Positions 38,301-51,045 of a stretch of 64,000 bases of DNA are shown here, piece by piece. Each line of letters begins with the position of its first letter. Position 1 is the stretch's first letter. The position numbers and the translations under genes were made by a program. Origin of the DNA: Macrostomum lignano (Eukaryota); assembly GCA_002269645.1 (NCBI GenBank), contig NIVC01000758.1:372001-436000 (forward strand), given 5' to 3'. Below the pieces are notes generated by a model. It was not told the DNA's origin, made no database searches, and saw nothing but the letters and a program-made list of their open reading frames with translations.

Positions 38301-39192
38301 TATCTACTGTTGCTTCCGGTTGTTATGAATCTAGCTTCCGGTTGCTATGAATCTAGCTTGCGGTTGTTATGAATCTAGCTTGCGGTTGCTATGAATCTAG
38401 CTTTCGGTTGCTATGAATCTACTGCTGCTTCCGTTTGCTATGAATCTACTGTTGCTTCCGGTTGCTATGAATCTAGCTTCCGGTTGTTATGAATCTAGCT
38501 TCCGGTTGTTTTGAATCTAGCCTCCGGTTGTTTTGAATCTAGCTTCCGGTTGCTATGAATTTAGCCACCTGTTGCTCAAAAAGTCTTACTCAGTGAGTTG
38601 TTTAATGATGTCAAACTGTTTTATTGCTTCATCGCTTGGCCGGCTCATAGCCAGAATTTCTGGGGTAACCCTGTCAATAAGAGTAAGAGGGGCGGCAATT
38701 GCTGCTGTGTTATTTTCATCATAGGAAATTTAAATCAATACATGGCGAAGGCATCTAGGAACCGCCTTCTGCTTAGCTGCCTGCTGCTCACCAGTGCGAG
38801 TACAGGCCCTGTATGGCAAAGCAGTCCCTGTGGAAGCGCCCCTCCGGGCAGCAGTATTTGCAGTTCCTCCCGCCGCAGAAACTGCGACACAATGACTCGC
38901 CAGACAGGCCGGACCGAAGGGCGTCCCCAATGGCCGGGTAGAGCGCCTCCGGTGGGTTTTCTATAGCATTTTTAAAACCAAATCATATTTGCGATGTTTG
39001 CAAACCGTATGCAACAGTATTGAACAATGCTGAATTACCTTCGATTTTCTCAACATCCGCGTCGCCCCACTCGACGCTGACCGCAGGATATTCCTCGACT
39101 AGCGGCGACAGGTCCGAATCCTCGGTTTCAATTGAGGACTCCTTTTCTTGTTTATAGCTTTTCTGGCCATTGCTAGCGATTTTCGTATCCAT
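32315..39192 (-). CDS. PTPDC1: Protein tyrosine phosphatase domain-containing protein 1; exons 39192-39039, 38960-38792, 38670-38590, 36756-36399, 35736-35516, 33899-33662, 32784-32315 (apparent 1-nt deletion near 32734)
   Basis: FCGGRNCKYC…IQGLYSHW|VTPEILAMSRPS; VQEPHEHAHCG; catalytic VHCHAGLGRTG; RPGSVQSHAQ|VAGVREF; RQRALLHG; VWRDRLNS. GT-AG phases are consistent; the start codon and exon 6 acceptor are less certain. Confidence 0.88.
32810..33655 (+). repeat. Intronic G-rich repeat (24 bp GGGTCATTGGGGCAGTGGGTCAGT, degenerating to GGGTCAAT units), PTPDC1 intron 6
   Basis: Read directly. Confidence 0.92.
34348..35527 (-). repeat. 41 bp minisatellite containing the PTPDC1 exon 5 end and splice donor (…GGGCGCGG[A/G]CAG|GTTCGC…), ~28 copies
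   Basis: Unit shares 12 nt with the exon end and includes the donor. Confidence 0.93.
35790..36135 (+). repeat. Intronic minisatellite, 22 bp CACACAGTTGTCACTCGGGTGT (PTPDC1 intron 4)
   Basis: ~15 copies read directly. Confidence 0.95.
36780..38560 (+). repeat. Intronic minisatellite, 27 bp TTCCGGTTGCTATGAATCTACTGCTGC grading into a 22 bp variant (PTPDC1 intron 3)
   Basis: Read directly. Confidence 0.95.
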
Positions 39193-42192
39193 ATAGCACA
39201 TGCAATAGAATAAAGATTTAGCAGCGCAAAGCAAAAAATATTGTGTATTTGTGCAAGCACAAGTACCGTAGTTCAGAGAATTTTTGTCTGAATTACAAGG
39301 AGAAATAATAGAAATATTCGTCTAAATATACTACTGAGTTATAAAAGCATTTAAATGTTTTTTTTACTCACAAGAATACTGATACTTTTAATTTGTAATG
39401 ATAAAATCTCCTATATACGTACTAAATAAGAGACAAAATATGAAGTTCAATCTTGAAATATTGTTTCATATTTTTTATTTGGAATTAAGTACTGAATCAG
39501 ACTAGATTTACGTTAGAAAGGTTAAAAAATACGAAGTAATAAGAAACATATGTGCAGCTTATTGAGCTTTTTCATTAAAGAATGACAGCAATAAAAATAA
39601 ATGTTATTTTTGCTATTTTGCAAATTGATGTTTTAAAAAATAATTTCGAACTACAGCAGTAAAAAGCACAATAAGAATGACTTTGGACTAAATTTATTTG
39701 ATTGTAATAGGGAACGTTTCATAAGTTATCAGTTCTCATGCATCTTGCTCGTCCAATATCTAATAACCGCGACGCACTAGGAAATTAAAAATTACAATAG
39801 CTGTACCCAGTTAGAAGCTTCAGATTCTTAAAAACCTATTAACTAGGCCTATTTGTCTCTACTAAGTTCCTATAGGGAACACTTTATCGGATAGCTTAGG
39901 TTCTAGAAACAAAAGCGATAATGTAAAGCCAAATCGCTTTTTAAACAGAAATTTTTATTCGTTCTTGGGAGCAGTAGTTGAATATTTCAGTGTCAATAGC
40001 AATAAAAGAACAATTGTTCGCATATAAAAATAAAAATTTTTTTTAAATAGTTTCTATCTTTGACTGTATCAACTCTATGTTTAAAAATAGGTAATTAAAA
40101 TTATTTCGTTTTTTGTTTGTTTTAAATGGCTGCGTTTCAAAACCGTGCTCGATTTAAATCTACAAGTTAGCGAGGCAAGCCGCGTAGACATTTAGAGCGG
40201 AGAAGCTAAAATCAATTAGCTCGAACATTCTTCGTTCTACCTGGTTGCAAAAAAACAAATTTCGTGATTTTAAGCCATGCAATTCCTTTTTACACGAGCA
40301 TGAAATTATGATTTGTTGAACATGAGCTTATTTAAAAAAGTTCAATCGTTTCTATGCCAAAGGTCATAAACTCATTTAGGAGAATAATGCACCAAAAAGG
40401 ATTACAGCACTGTAACGCACGCTTCGTTTGTCCCTGAAGCTAAACTAGCTGAAGACCACACTCAATCGAAACTTTGACAGTGGAGGTCTACATGTAAATT
40501 TACATTTGAAACTTGATCCAATTTCCTCATTTATTGAAGGATCAAGAGTCAGGACGAAAACAAAGTCCAGAAAAAATTGATCTGAAAGTCACATATTTTT
40601 CACTGCATTTATTTTAAGTGGATCGACAATACAGAATGTCAAAGCAAATAAATTAATCATCGCCACCTTCTAGGCAAAATAACGACAGCAGTTGCTATAA
40701 AACATTAATATATAATCGTTTTTACTGGCACGGCATAAAATTATTCGTGTTTAATCGTACATGCAAAGTCATTCATTCGATGCGTGTAAACAAAAAACCA
40801 GCTGATTTGGTTTAAACGACTAAAATTGAATAGCAGCGTCAGCTGTGCAAAAACAAGAAAACCATGCGGGGGGTCGACTCTGGTTCAAAGCAACATAACC
40901 TCCAGCACAACTTAGGAACAAGCTGGACCTGCTTACAGGGATAAGAGAGAACAGAGAGGAGGGCATGCACTGCATAGAATCACGCTAAGATGTTCGCCGC
41001 AGCCAATACTGGACCCCGCCATGCCCGCATGTAAGTGTGGTGGAAAAGTAAAAAAGGCTGGGCAGAAAGTAAGAAAACAGACATGATGGAGCGGATGGAG
41101 ATGCGAGACCAAGTGGCGAGCGGTAGCCTGGGGAGCGGGAGCACCATATGGGGGATCCGCATTTGCCGCTTCAGGGGATGGGGAAGCGGGTTCAACTGGG
41201 CGGATCGCTCGACTGCATCAATGTAGCAATGCAGGCTTCGTTCGGTCCTGCACGCACCAGGCCTAGCAAAGTTGACGGCGCCCCAGAAAGCGAGAGGGGA
41301 GAAGCAGATGGGGGAAGAGAACTCTGGCGCGGGCTGATTGCTTTTAGTAGGAAAAATGAAGAAACCGGGGGCCAGCAATGCTGGGATCTGTGTTTCCCAC
41401 ATGGGGGGTCGCGGACTTTCCGGCTGTGTCTTCCTGTCTACACAAATTCTGGATTTGCTTCCCGCATCCGCGCGCCGCCCCGGGGCTGAGCGCTCCAATA
41501 TGGAGTCGCTGCTGGTTGCCAGCCGAAGCAGCGGAGGGCGCGACAGGGGCGCGGGCAGGAAGGCCGAGAATGGGAAGACGGGACTTGGGAAGGCAGGCCT
41601 TCGGGTGCAGCTCTGGGCGGGCTGATGGCAGCGGCGGGATGCGCCTCAATCCGCAGGCGCAACACGCGCCGGGAGCCCGTGAGTCAAAGCCCGGGGGAAA
41701 CAGGGCGGGGACGGACTGACGGGGAGCCGGGGCAAAACAGGCGATGGCGAGGAGGCTGTGGCGAAAAAAAAGTTCGGATTTCTGGGAGTGGGCGGATGCG
41801 CAAGAAAGGAAGAAGATGAAGCAGGCTGAAGAAGATTATGTATGCGCCCTGACGGCCCGCGGGGGCTGCCGATCGCTGCGAGTTAAGGGAGGAGGCGCCA
41901 GCGCTGCCTCTGCTTTCCCTCCTCTGTTTGCCCCCACCCGCCCCTGCCGGCGAGCGACGATTGCACCTTCCAGCCTCTCTGCCCCATCAAAGTAGGCGCC
42001 ATCCCCAACTCCAACCCTTCAGAGAAGCGAAGAGGCTGAGGATTGAACGAAGCCAATCCCCCTGCGCCTCCTTTCGCCTTTTTAAATAAGCGCCGCCTCC
42101 GCCCCCGCTCCCGGCCGGAACCCCTCCTGCGCGCACCGGCCCGGCCAAGCGGACGAACGCGACACTCCAGTCAAGCAGGAGGCCAGTCAGCC

Positions 42193-42773
42193 ATGGACGC
42201 GCCGGGGCAGCGGGCGGCTGCGACGACATTTTCCCGCCGCGAGTGCCGCCGCCCGTCTTCCGCAGCCCGAATCCGGTTCGCCGACGCCATCAACTTGACG
42301 CCGCTTCGGAGGCAACGTCGGCTGCGGTTGCTGCAGCCGTCGCCGCCGCCGCGGCTTCGAAGCGGTCGGTGGTGGCGGACCCGCTCTACTTCAATCCGAG
42401 ACCGGCCGCCCCTGGCGCTGCGGCAGCGGTGGCGGCCGCCGCGGCTGCCGGCGTCAACGAGGTGGCGGTGCCGCTGCAGCGGCCACAGCGCGGCAAGGCG
42501 GCCCGGCGGGCGCGGCAGGAGCGCTACAAGACCCAGCCGGTCACCTTCCAGGAAATCCAAGAGGTGGACGAGGAGTTGTCACCCCGCTGTCCGGGAGCTT
42601 CCTTCGGGCAGACGCAGCAGCCGCCGGAGCCGCCGCAGCTGGAGGCTGCTGACGAGGATTCAGCAACGTTTGTGGCCGGCGGAGGTCAGAAGTTCGATTT
42701 CCAGAACCCGCCAGCGACCGCAGCCTCAACCGGAGGTCAGTCGCAGTCGATGAAGACTCTGGACAGCAGCTGA
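42193..42773 (+). CDS. Small uncharacterised intronless protein (~193 aa if a 1-nt shift near 42301 is corrected)
   Basis: ATG at 42193 (MDAPGQRAA…RIRFADAINLT) joins the ORF ending at 42773, which contains RRARQERYKTQPVTFQEIQEVDEE; no family recognised with confidence. Confidence 0.5.
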
Positions 42774-43704
42774 CTCGACCCCCCCCCACCCGGGAACCCC
42801 GAGATTCTCTGTACATACTGGCAAACTGCACCGTGATGGAGCTGCTGCTGCAGTCAGCTTGCCTTGCACAAAATAGCAACCGCACTCCTACAGTCACCGC
42901 GATTTCAACAGCTAGAAATCGGGCTCTGCCTGCCCGTGTCTCTCTGGTCTTTGTTTTGTTTTGCTGAGAAACTGAAGATGAGGATCTGAGAGTTGCGGCA
43001 GCCAGGCCAAGAAACAGACGGGAAAGAATGAAGAGGGCGGGTGAGGCGGGCAACGGGGGGGGGGTCAGGAAGACTTTGCTAGCAAAGAGTGAAGCTCAGA
43101 AACTGCGCTATCACGAACGATTTTTGAAGAAAGTGCCAATTGCACAAGAAAATCTTCTGAAAGAGAAAGTCACGGAAATCAATGAGCGATGGGTTTCACT
43201 CTGCCGCGCCGAGAGCCGACTGATTTTGGAGTTCGCCGCTCGACTGACAAAAAGTTAAAGTCTCACGAAGCCGCTGAGGTTCGGGCCGCGAGCCGCCCGA
43301 GGTCCTGCGGGGCCAGAGATGGGGATGAGAAAAATTGCAAAACTTTGGCTGGCCGCATTATCGCAGTGCACTACTGTCCAAATTCGTGTCAGTAGTCTGT
43401 AGAGAAAATAAAGGGATAAAAATCTGTAAATTTTCATAGATATCGTCGTGCATCAAAACAGACTGCGCTAACTATAAAACTGCCATTTCTCGGGATTTTC
43501 GAGGTGCTCAGATAGATCACTGACAGGTGCCGCTGCATCAGTTTGGTACCTGCGATGGTCTGACTGCAGCGACACACCGTGGGATCTAGAAACCGGACAC
43601 AGAGACTGGCATGTCGGACACCTGTGATCCAGAATCTGGACTTCAGGTCGGACACTCTAGAATTTGGACACAACTTTTTTACCAGTCCGGAAATTCTTGT
43701 GCAG

Positions 43705-44575
43705 GTTCGACCCTGAGGTTCACAAGTTCAACCCTGAGGTTCACAAGTTCAACCCTGAGATTCACAAGTTCGACCCTGAGGCTCACAAATTCGACTCTGA
43801 GATTCACAAGTTCGACCCTGAAATCCACAATTTCGACCCTGTGATTCACAAGTTCGACCCTGAGATTCACAAGTTCGACCCTGAGGTTCACAAGTTCGAC
43901 CCTGAGGTTCACAAGTTCGACCCTGAGATTCACAAGTTCGACCCTGAGGTTCACAAGTTCGACCCTGAGGTTCACAAGTTCGACCCTGAGATTCACAAGT
44001 TCGACCCTGAGGCTCACAAATTCGACCCTGAGGTTCACAAGTTCGACCCTGAGGTTCACAAGTCCGACCCTGAGATTCACAAGTTCGACCCTGAGATCCA
44101 CAATTTCGACCCTGAGGTTCACAAGTTCGACCCTGAGGTTCACAAATTCGATCACAAGTTCAACCCTGGGGTTCACAAGTTCGACCCTGAGATCCACAAG
44201 TTTGACCCTGGGGTTCACAAGTTCGATCACAAGTTCGACTATGGGGTTCACAAGTTCGACCCTGAGGTTCACATGTTCAACCCTGGGGTTCACAAGTTCA
44301 ACCCTGGGGTTCACAAGTTCAACCCTGGGGTTCACAAGTTCAACCCTGGGGTTCACAAGTTCAACCCTGGGGTTCACAAGTTCGATCACAAGTTCGACCC
44401 TGGAGTTCACAAGTTCGACTCTGAGATTCACAAGTTTGACCCTGAGGTTCACAAGTTCGACCCTGGAGTTCACAAGTTCGACTCTGAGATTCACAAGTTT
44501 GACCCTGAGGTTCACAAGTTCGACCCTGGGGTTCACAAGTTCGACACTGAGGTTCAAAGTTCAACACGGAGGTTC
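43705..44575 (+). repeat. Minisatellite, 21 bp GACCCTGAG[G/A]TTCACAAGTTC
   Basis: ~40 copies read directly. Confidence 0.95.
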
Positions 44576-44902
44576 ACAAGCTCGATTCTGTTTACTTCCG
44601 CATTCATTTGGGGAAGATTCACAACTCATGAGGACCGCCAACCCCCAAGGCACAGAGTGCACATACTTGACGATTATGTACAGAGGCGCTGTACACCCTG
44701 TGAGCGTGTGTATGAGTGCGTGCCTGCGTACACTATTAGCGCAGAAGTCCGTGGAATGGGCAGAATTGCCTCAGCGCAGGCTGTGTGCCGATGTCGCCGA
44801 TAGCGTTAAGCCAGGGCCATACAAAAGCTCTACAAGTCGGACACTCCACTCTGCTCACCTGGGATCCCGGGCTGCGAGTTGAGCAATCAGAGGCCTCGCC
44901 GA

Positions 44903-45704
44903 TCACAAGTTGCCGGTGAAGCGGCCGGTGCCCCGGCCGAAGAGGATGTGGCCCCTCCTGGCGGGGTGGCAGCGGGCCTGCACGCCTTCGTGGAAGCCGG
45001 CGGCTGCGCCAGGTCGCACGTAGCTGTTCAGCGGCCACTCGGTGTCGTACGTGTCGTAGTTGAAGGCGACGGCGACTGATGTGGCCGGTTTCGCTGCCTT
45101 CTCGACGGCGCTCCCGACACCGTCCAGGTGGTTGCCGCCGCCGGAGCCGCCACCGCCCAGACTGAGGTCGCTGTACCGGTCGCAGTCGCTCTCGCAGATC
45201 TCGAAGGCCATGGGCCGGTGGTGCCGCTGCAGCAGGTGCTGGTGCTGCTCGTAGGCCGACGGCGGCATCGACTGCAGGTCGACGCTGACTGCGGCGGCGG
45301 CCGCTGCGGCCTCCCGCACCGCGTAGGCGTAGGCAGCCACGGCGGCGTCCGACTGGTGCCTCGCCAGGCCGACTGGCATGCGGCCGCGCAGTGGTGACAT
45401 CGAAGTCGGGGGCTGCGGCTGCTGCTGCGGAGGCTGCGATGGTCCGTGCAGCATCGCCATGGAGCGGTGATGGCCGAGCAGCTGCTGCTGCTGCTGCTGC
45501 TGCTGCGGTGACTGAGTCGGCTGTCGAGAAATGCGGTTGGGCACCAGGCCGGGGTGCGTCAGCTGTGGCTGCTGGGCGCCGACAATCTGGTTGAGGAGCG
45601 CCTGAGAATCCTTTGACGGGTACTGCTGCAGGTATTGCTGCTGCTGCTGCTGCTGCTGCTGTTGTTGTTGTTGAAGGTACTGCTGTTGCTGTTGATACTG
45701 CTGC

Positions 45705-45766
<62 letters not shown>

Positions 45767-46492
45767 ATGCAGACTCTGCGATTGCAGCTGCAGCTGCGGC
45801 GGGGTCTGACGCGGCGAGCCAATCATTGGCGAAGTCCGCTGCTGGTATTGCGGCTGCTGATGCGGCATGGAGCCCGCACCAACGAGGGGCGGTTTTGGCG
45901 CTGTCGGGGTTCCTGACTGCCGATTTGCTGAGGCCGCTGCCGCCGCCGCCGCCGCCGCCGCTGCCGCAGCGGCCGCATTGGAGGACGCGCCTGCCGCAAT
46001 CTGCGGCTGCGGCAGCGGCTGTGGCTGCGGCGGCGGCGGCGGTCTCGGCTGCGCTTGCGGCTGCTGCGGCGGCGGCAATGGCTGCTGCTGTTGACTGGAC
46101 TGGGCCAGGGCCTCCGCGTGGCCGCCAGGGCTGAAGGACCGCTGCAGAAAGTCGTCGAAGGTGTCCATCGCCGGCTTATTGCCAGTCCGGGCGGCGTCGT
46201 AGACAGCGGTGGACGATCGGCCGAAGCCGTCAGCTCCGCCGCCGCTGCCGCAGCAGCAGCAGCAACAGGCTGTGTCTGCATCGTCTGGGAGGCCGCGACC
46301 GCCGCTGCCTTTAATTTTTCGACGACGGCAGCGTAGCCGGCAGCGCTGAGTGACCTTGCAGATGAGCACCAGGGCGATCAGGGTGGTGCCCGTGCCCGCC
46401 ACCACAGAGGCCGTCACCCACACAACGTTTAGCAGCTCGCGGTCCACCATGTCGCGAGTGCGCTGCAATTCCGAGACGGTTGGAGGCGAAGG
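44903..46492 (-). CDS. Large exon of an uncharacterised single-pass membrane protein with a Cys cluster and polyQ/polyA cytoplasmic tail
   Basis: TM-like NVVWVTASVVAGTGTTLIALVLIC followed by basic RCRRRK and CCCCCC; Q-rich tract; CAG acceptor at 46493-46495; upstream exons not resolved. Confidence 0.65.
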
Positions 46493-46539
46493 CTGAGCAG
46501 CTGACCTTCCGTTCACCCCCACCACCGACTGATTACCTT

Positions 46540-46810
46540 TAGGAAATACTCCTAAGGAAATAACCCTTAGGATATACCCCTGACGAAATACCCCTGAAGA
46601 AATACCTCTGAGGAAATACTCAAGAGGAAATACCCCTGAGGAAATACCACCGAAGAAATACTCCCGAGGAAATGCCCCTGAAGAAATACCCCGAGGAAAT
46701 ACCCCTGAGGAAATACCCACATAAATGTCCATCTCAGGATAAAGTCTCATAAAATGCCTCCTGAGAAATATTGTAGAACACCCGTGATAAACCCTGACGA
46801 AAATACCCTC
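46540..46810 (+). repeat. Degenerate GAAATACCCC(TGAG/TGAA) repeat, ~14-16 bp
   Basis: Read directly. Confidence 0.8.
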
Positions 46811-49800
46811 CAATCGGTACCCCCGAAAAGTTACGGTATGATAAACGAGTCCCGACTACAAACCCCAATGAAAGCCTGCCAATAAAATTCCCTTAATGAT
46901 AACTCCCTTAGGATAATTTCCTCTCTACTTGACCCACTCCCTGTCTTCAGCTCCCCGCCCCCCCCCCCGCGGCCACTTCCTGCCGTGCCGCAGCTCAGGA
47001 AGGCGACATGCCGGTTTAAAGATGCACTTTTCTCTGCGCAAACCGGCTCACCCACGGACTTCTGGGTCCGGAGAATGCCATGGGCTCTCTTAGGAAGTCT
47101 TTGCTCCCCTAGAAGAAGCTCTCTCTCTCTCCCCATGTCTCGTAGGGGCTGCGTGTTAGTGCCTACGATTATTTTTGCGCATTGGCAACGGCTGCTTCAA
47201 GTTTCTGGCGAACCAGCCTCAGAGCCTTCGCTTGAATGAACTTTGAACAAAGTCTTTGTAAACAGTTGCAAGCAGACTCACTCAGCTTCTAAAATGCCAA
47301 GTGGACTCAACTCGGCCTCCACTTGCCACCTCGCCGGCTGGCTGGACTCCAGAAGTTGCGAGAGTTTGCAGGCCGTCCTGATCGCAGAGTCTGCTGGAAG
47401 AAGCCTCTCGCTCGCTCTCAGCCGAGTTGCCCCTCGGCCAGCGCTGCAGTGCTGAACAAGTTTCCCGACCGGCCGCGAGTCGGCGAGGGGAGACTTAAGA
47501 AACGGGTCGAAGCTGGGGTTGCTGGTGGGTCGCCGCGGCCTGCGGGCGGGGAGGGCGGAGCGGACAGAGCGGGGGAGCTGAGGATCTGCCCCTCCTCCCC
47601 AATCCCCTGCGCCGGTTCTGACCGGGCCGGTGGAGGGAGGCAGCAAATGGCGAGTCTGCAGCGCCTACGACAGAGGGGCGCTCAGGCGGAGGGTGGGGGC
47701 GAGAGAGGGAGAGAGATGCGAAAGCAGACTGGTCTCAGCTTGTTGCGGGGCGGGGGGGCCCGGGCAAGCGGCTGGATACGGGCTCGAGGCGAAGAAGAGG
47801 ATGCTGGGCGATGACACCCGGCAGCGGGCGAGGCGGGGTGTCGGGCCGCTGTCAAGTACTGTGAGAAGCTGATTCAGCTCGAGTCTCGACTGTTGGCTGC
47901 GGATAGCCCTGGGGTATGGAGGGGAGAGAAATAGGCGGATAGGGGTGGAGAGATGAGGCGCAGATGCTGGGACATGTTCCCGCAGAAAGAGTGGCTGGGG
48001 CTTCGAGTTGCGTTCCCCAACCCATCCTGATTGCAGCCGCACAGAGCCGGCCGCCTCATCTTCGCTCTCATTTTTAGCTCATTTTCCGGGCGGCGGAGAC
48101 ACGCGGGCGGGGGGTGCGGACTCTCCCCGCTCTCCATCAGCTCGGGCCAGGCTGCGCAGCATCCGAGGCTGTCGGTGGAAGGGCAGAGGCGGCTCTGCGT
48201 GGGACGGCCGCGGACACGCGGGATGGAAGGGGACACACACAAAGGTGCTGGGAATTCGGAATGCAGAGGGGGAAGTGCGGGAGGGAACAGCCGAGAGGTT
48301 GACCCCCGATGCAGCTGGGTAGGTGAGGAGTGACTGCGAGCTGGGCCGCAGGTTTGCACGTGCCTCATGCGAGTCTCGAGACTCGTGCTCGGAGCCTCTC
48401 ACAGCTCGGTCCAGACCCCCCTCCCCAACACAAACCAGCCCATCTCTCTCGAGTTTCACAGCAGACCCCAGCACAACTCCAATACCCAGCGCTGGCGCTC
48501 CTCTGCAAACAGCGGCACGCACTGCTAATTTTCAAGCGTTCTCCGTTCCCCCTCTCTCTCTCAGGGTGCGAAGCAATGCGGAAGCCGCCGCCGCTGTATC
48601 AATTTCTACAGCAGAGCCGAAGACATCGCAGATTGGAATATGCAAAGCAATCGCCGCCACGGCTGCTGCAGAGCTTCATCCCAATTTTTTTGCCCCGGCG
48701 TTCTCGCCCCCCCCCTCTCGTGGTTTTCCGCGCCGCTCGCAATCCCCGCGTGGCTCTCGCGTCCCCGACGGGATTTCGCGGCGGCAGCGGCGCTAATCCG
48801 CGGGATGACGGCGTGGACAATGGGAGAAGAGACCGGCCAGCTGAGCATTCCAGCTGCCGGGTTCCGCCTGGGAGCAGATTCTATCTGCATGGGCCGGGGG
48901 CCCCAGTACACCCGCCGGCTCTGGAATCCCAATTCCCCATGCTCCCCGATATCCCGCTCTCGCTTGTCCCGTTCCCAAGCCCGCTTGCCTCCCCCCGATC
49001 TCGACCTCTCCTCCCTTTCACTTCCCAAATCCGGATTGCACTTTTGCTGCTCAAGCGCGATCCGCCGCTTCCCCCAGCAGCAACAGCCAGCAGTCTCTCG
49101 ACCCCCGGGCCAGCTCGTGAGAAATAGCCAACTCCCTGATCCCCCAGAACCGGAAGTTAAGCGAGGCTCGGCAACAGGGGCCAATATCCTGTGCCGCTGC
49201 AAAGCAGAAGCAGAAAAATTCCAGCTCCGGGAGCAGCAGCAGAGATGCAGCGCCGGATCCCGGCCTGCTATCCAGAGGCCTGTGGGCGATTCGGATGGAG
49301 ATTAGACCGTCCCCCAGTGTGCAGAGCTGCGGCTGTGCGGAGATAGCCGATGCACAGATATTCATATTCATGGCATTCTGCGGCAGTGGTGCATTCCATC
49401 GCACTGTACCTGTAGCAGCCGCCTTCTCACACATTCAGCTGCAGGGCCGCCCCCCCAGTGTGAGGCGCAGCGAGTCGGGCGGACGGGCAGCTGCGGGACA
49501 GCAGCGATCGATCACTCTCATGCGGCCCGGAAACACTGGGCCGAGTGCACTGAGGGTAGGCGGAGGTCGACAGCAGTCTCGGCCCCCCCCCCCACTTGGC
49601 AACCGCTTTTCCCAGCCTCTTCGCCCCCAGGGGGCAACGGCTAACGATCCGAGTGGACTCAAGATGGTCAGCGATTTTTGAGCTGGGATCAATCAGAGGC
49701 CGGGGCGGGGTCGGCACACTTGAGCAGACTGACAGAGGTGCGAGGCAGCGCAGTGGAGACGGCCACTCACAGTTGAGGCTAAAGAGGTCGCCGACTGGCG

Positions 49801-50094
49801 GTTTAAACGAAATTGCGACAGTCCACTGCGCGCAGCGTTTTGATAATTAAGCAAATATGCTGCTGGCCCGCCTGCATGGCAACTGGTGAGGACCTCCGCC
49901 TCTCAAGAGGACTCTAGAAGATTGGAGGGCTCAGCAAACACGGCGACTGCAGCGCGGCAGTCCGGAGCCAGAGTTATCTGGAGGGGCGGGGCGCAGTCTG
50001 AACTTATCGCAATTAGCGACCGGAAAAATGGAATGAGACAGTTTTATCTGTAGCTTTCTGAACCGCCTACGCTAACATGTGCTCACGATTTATT

Positions 50095-51045
50095 AGTGAA
50101 CTGCTCACATTATCAGTGAACTGCTCACACATCACAGTGAACTTCTTACATATGATCACACAGTGAACTGCTCACGCATGATCACAGCGAACTGCTCACA
50201 CATGATCACAGCAAACTGCTCACACATGATCACAGCGAACTGCTCACACATGATCACAGCGAACTGCTCACACATGATCACAGTGAACTGCTTACACATG
50301 ATCACAGTGAACTGCTTACACATGATCACAGTGAACTGCTCACACATGATCACAGTGAACTTCTTACACATGATCACAGTGAACTGCTTACACATGATCA
50401 CAGTGAACTTCTTACATATGATCACAGTGAACTGCTCACACATGATCAGTGAACTGCTCACACATGATCACAGTGAACTGCTCACACATGATCACAGTGA
50501 ACTGCTTACACATGATCAGTGAACTGCTCACACATGATCAGTGAACTGCTCACACATGATCAGTGAACTGCTCACACATGATCACAGTGAACTGCTTACA
50601 CATGATCACAGTGAACTGCTCACACATGATCACAGTGAACTGCTCACACATGATCACAGTGAACTTCTTACATATGATCACAGTGAACTGCTCACACATG
50701 ATCAGTGAACTGCTCACACATGATCACAGTGAACTGCTCACACATGATCACAGTGAACTGCTTACACATGATCAGTGAACTGCTCACACATGATCAGTGA
50801 ACTGCTCACACATGATCAGTGAACTGCTCACACATGATCACAGTGAACTGCTCACACATGATCACAGTGAACTGCTTACACATGATCAGTGAACTGCTCA
50901 CACATGATCAGTGAACTGCTCACACATGATCAGTGAACTGCTCACACATGATCAGTGAACTGCTCACACTTGATCACAGTGAACTACTCACACACGATCA
51001 CAGTAACTTCTTACATATGATCACAGTGAACTTCATACATATGAT
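50095..51045 (+). repeat. Minisatellite, 24/22 bp TGATCA(CA)GTGAACTGCTCACACA
   Basis: ~40 copies read directly. Confidence 0.95.

Noticed and set aside
46830-49950. Many overlapping 100-265 aa ORFs in GC-rich DNA (also 40980-42190 and antisense ORFs over the LINE, sHSP and ABCD)
   Set aside because: Expected in GC-rich sequence; no domains; probably UTR, promoter or shadow frames
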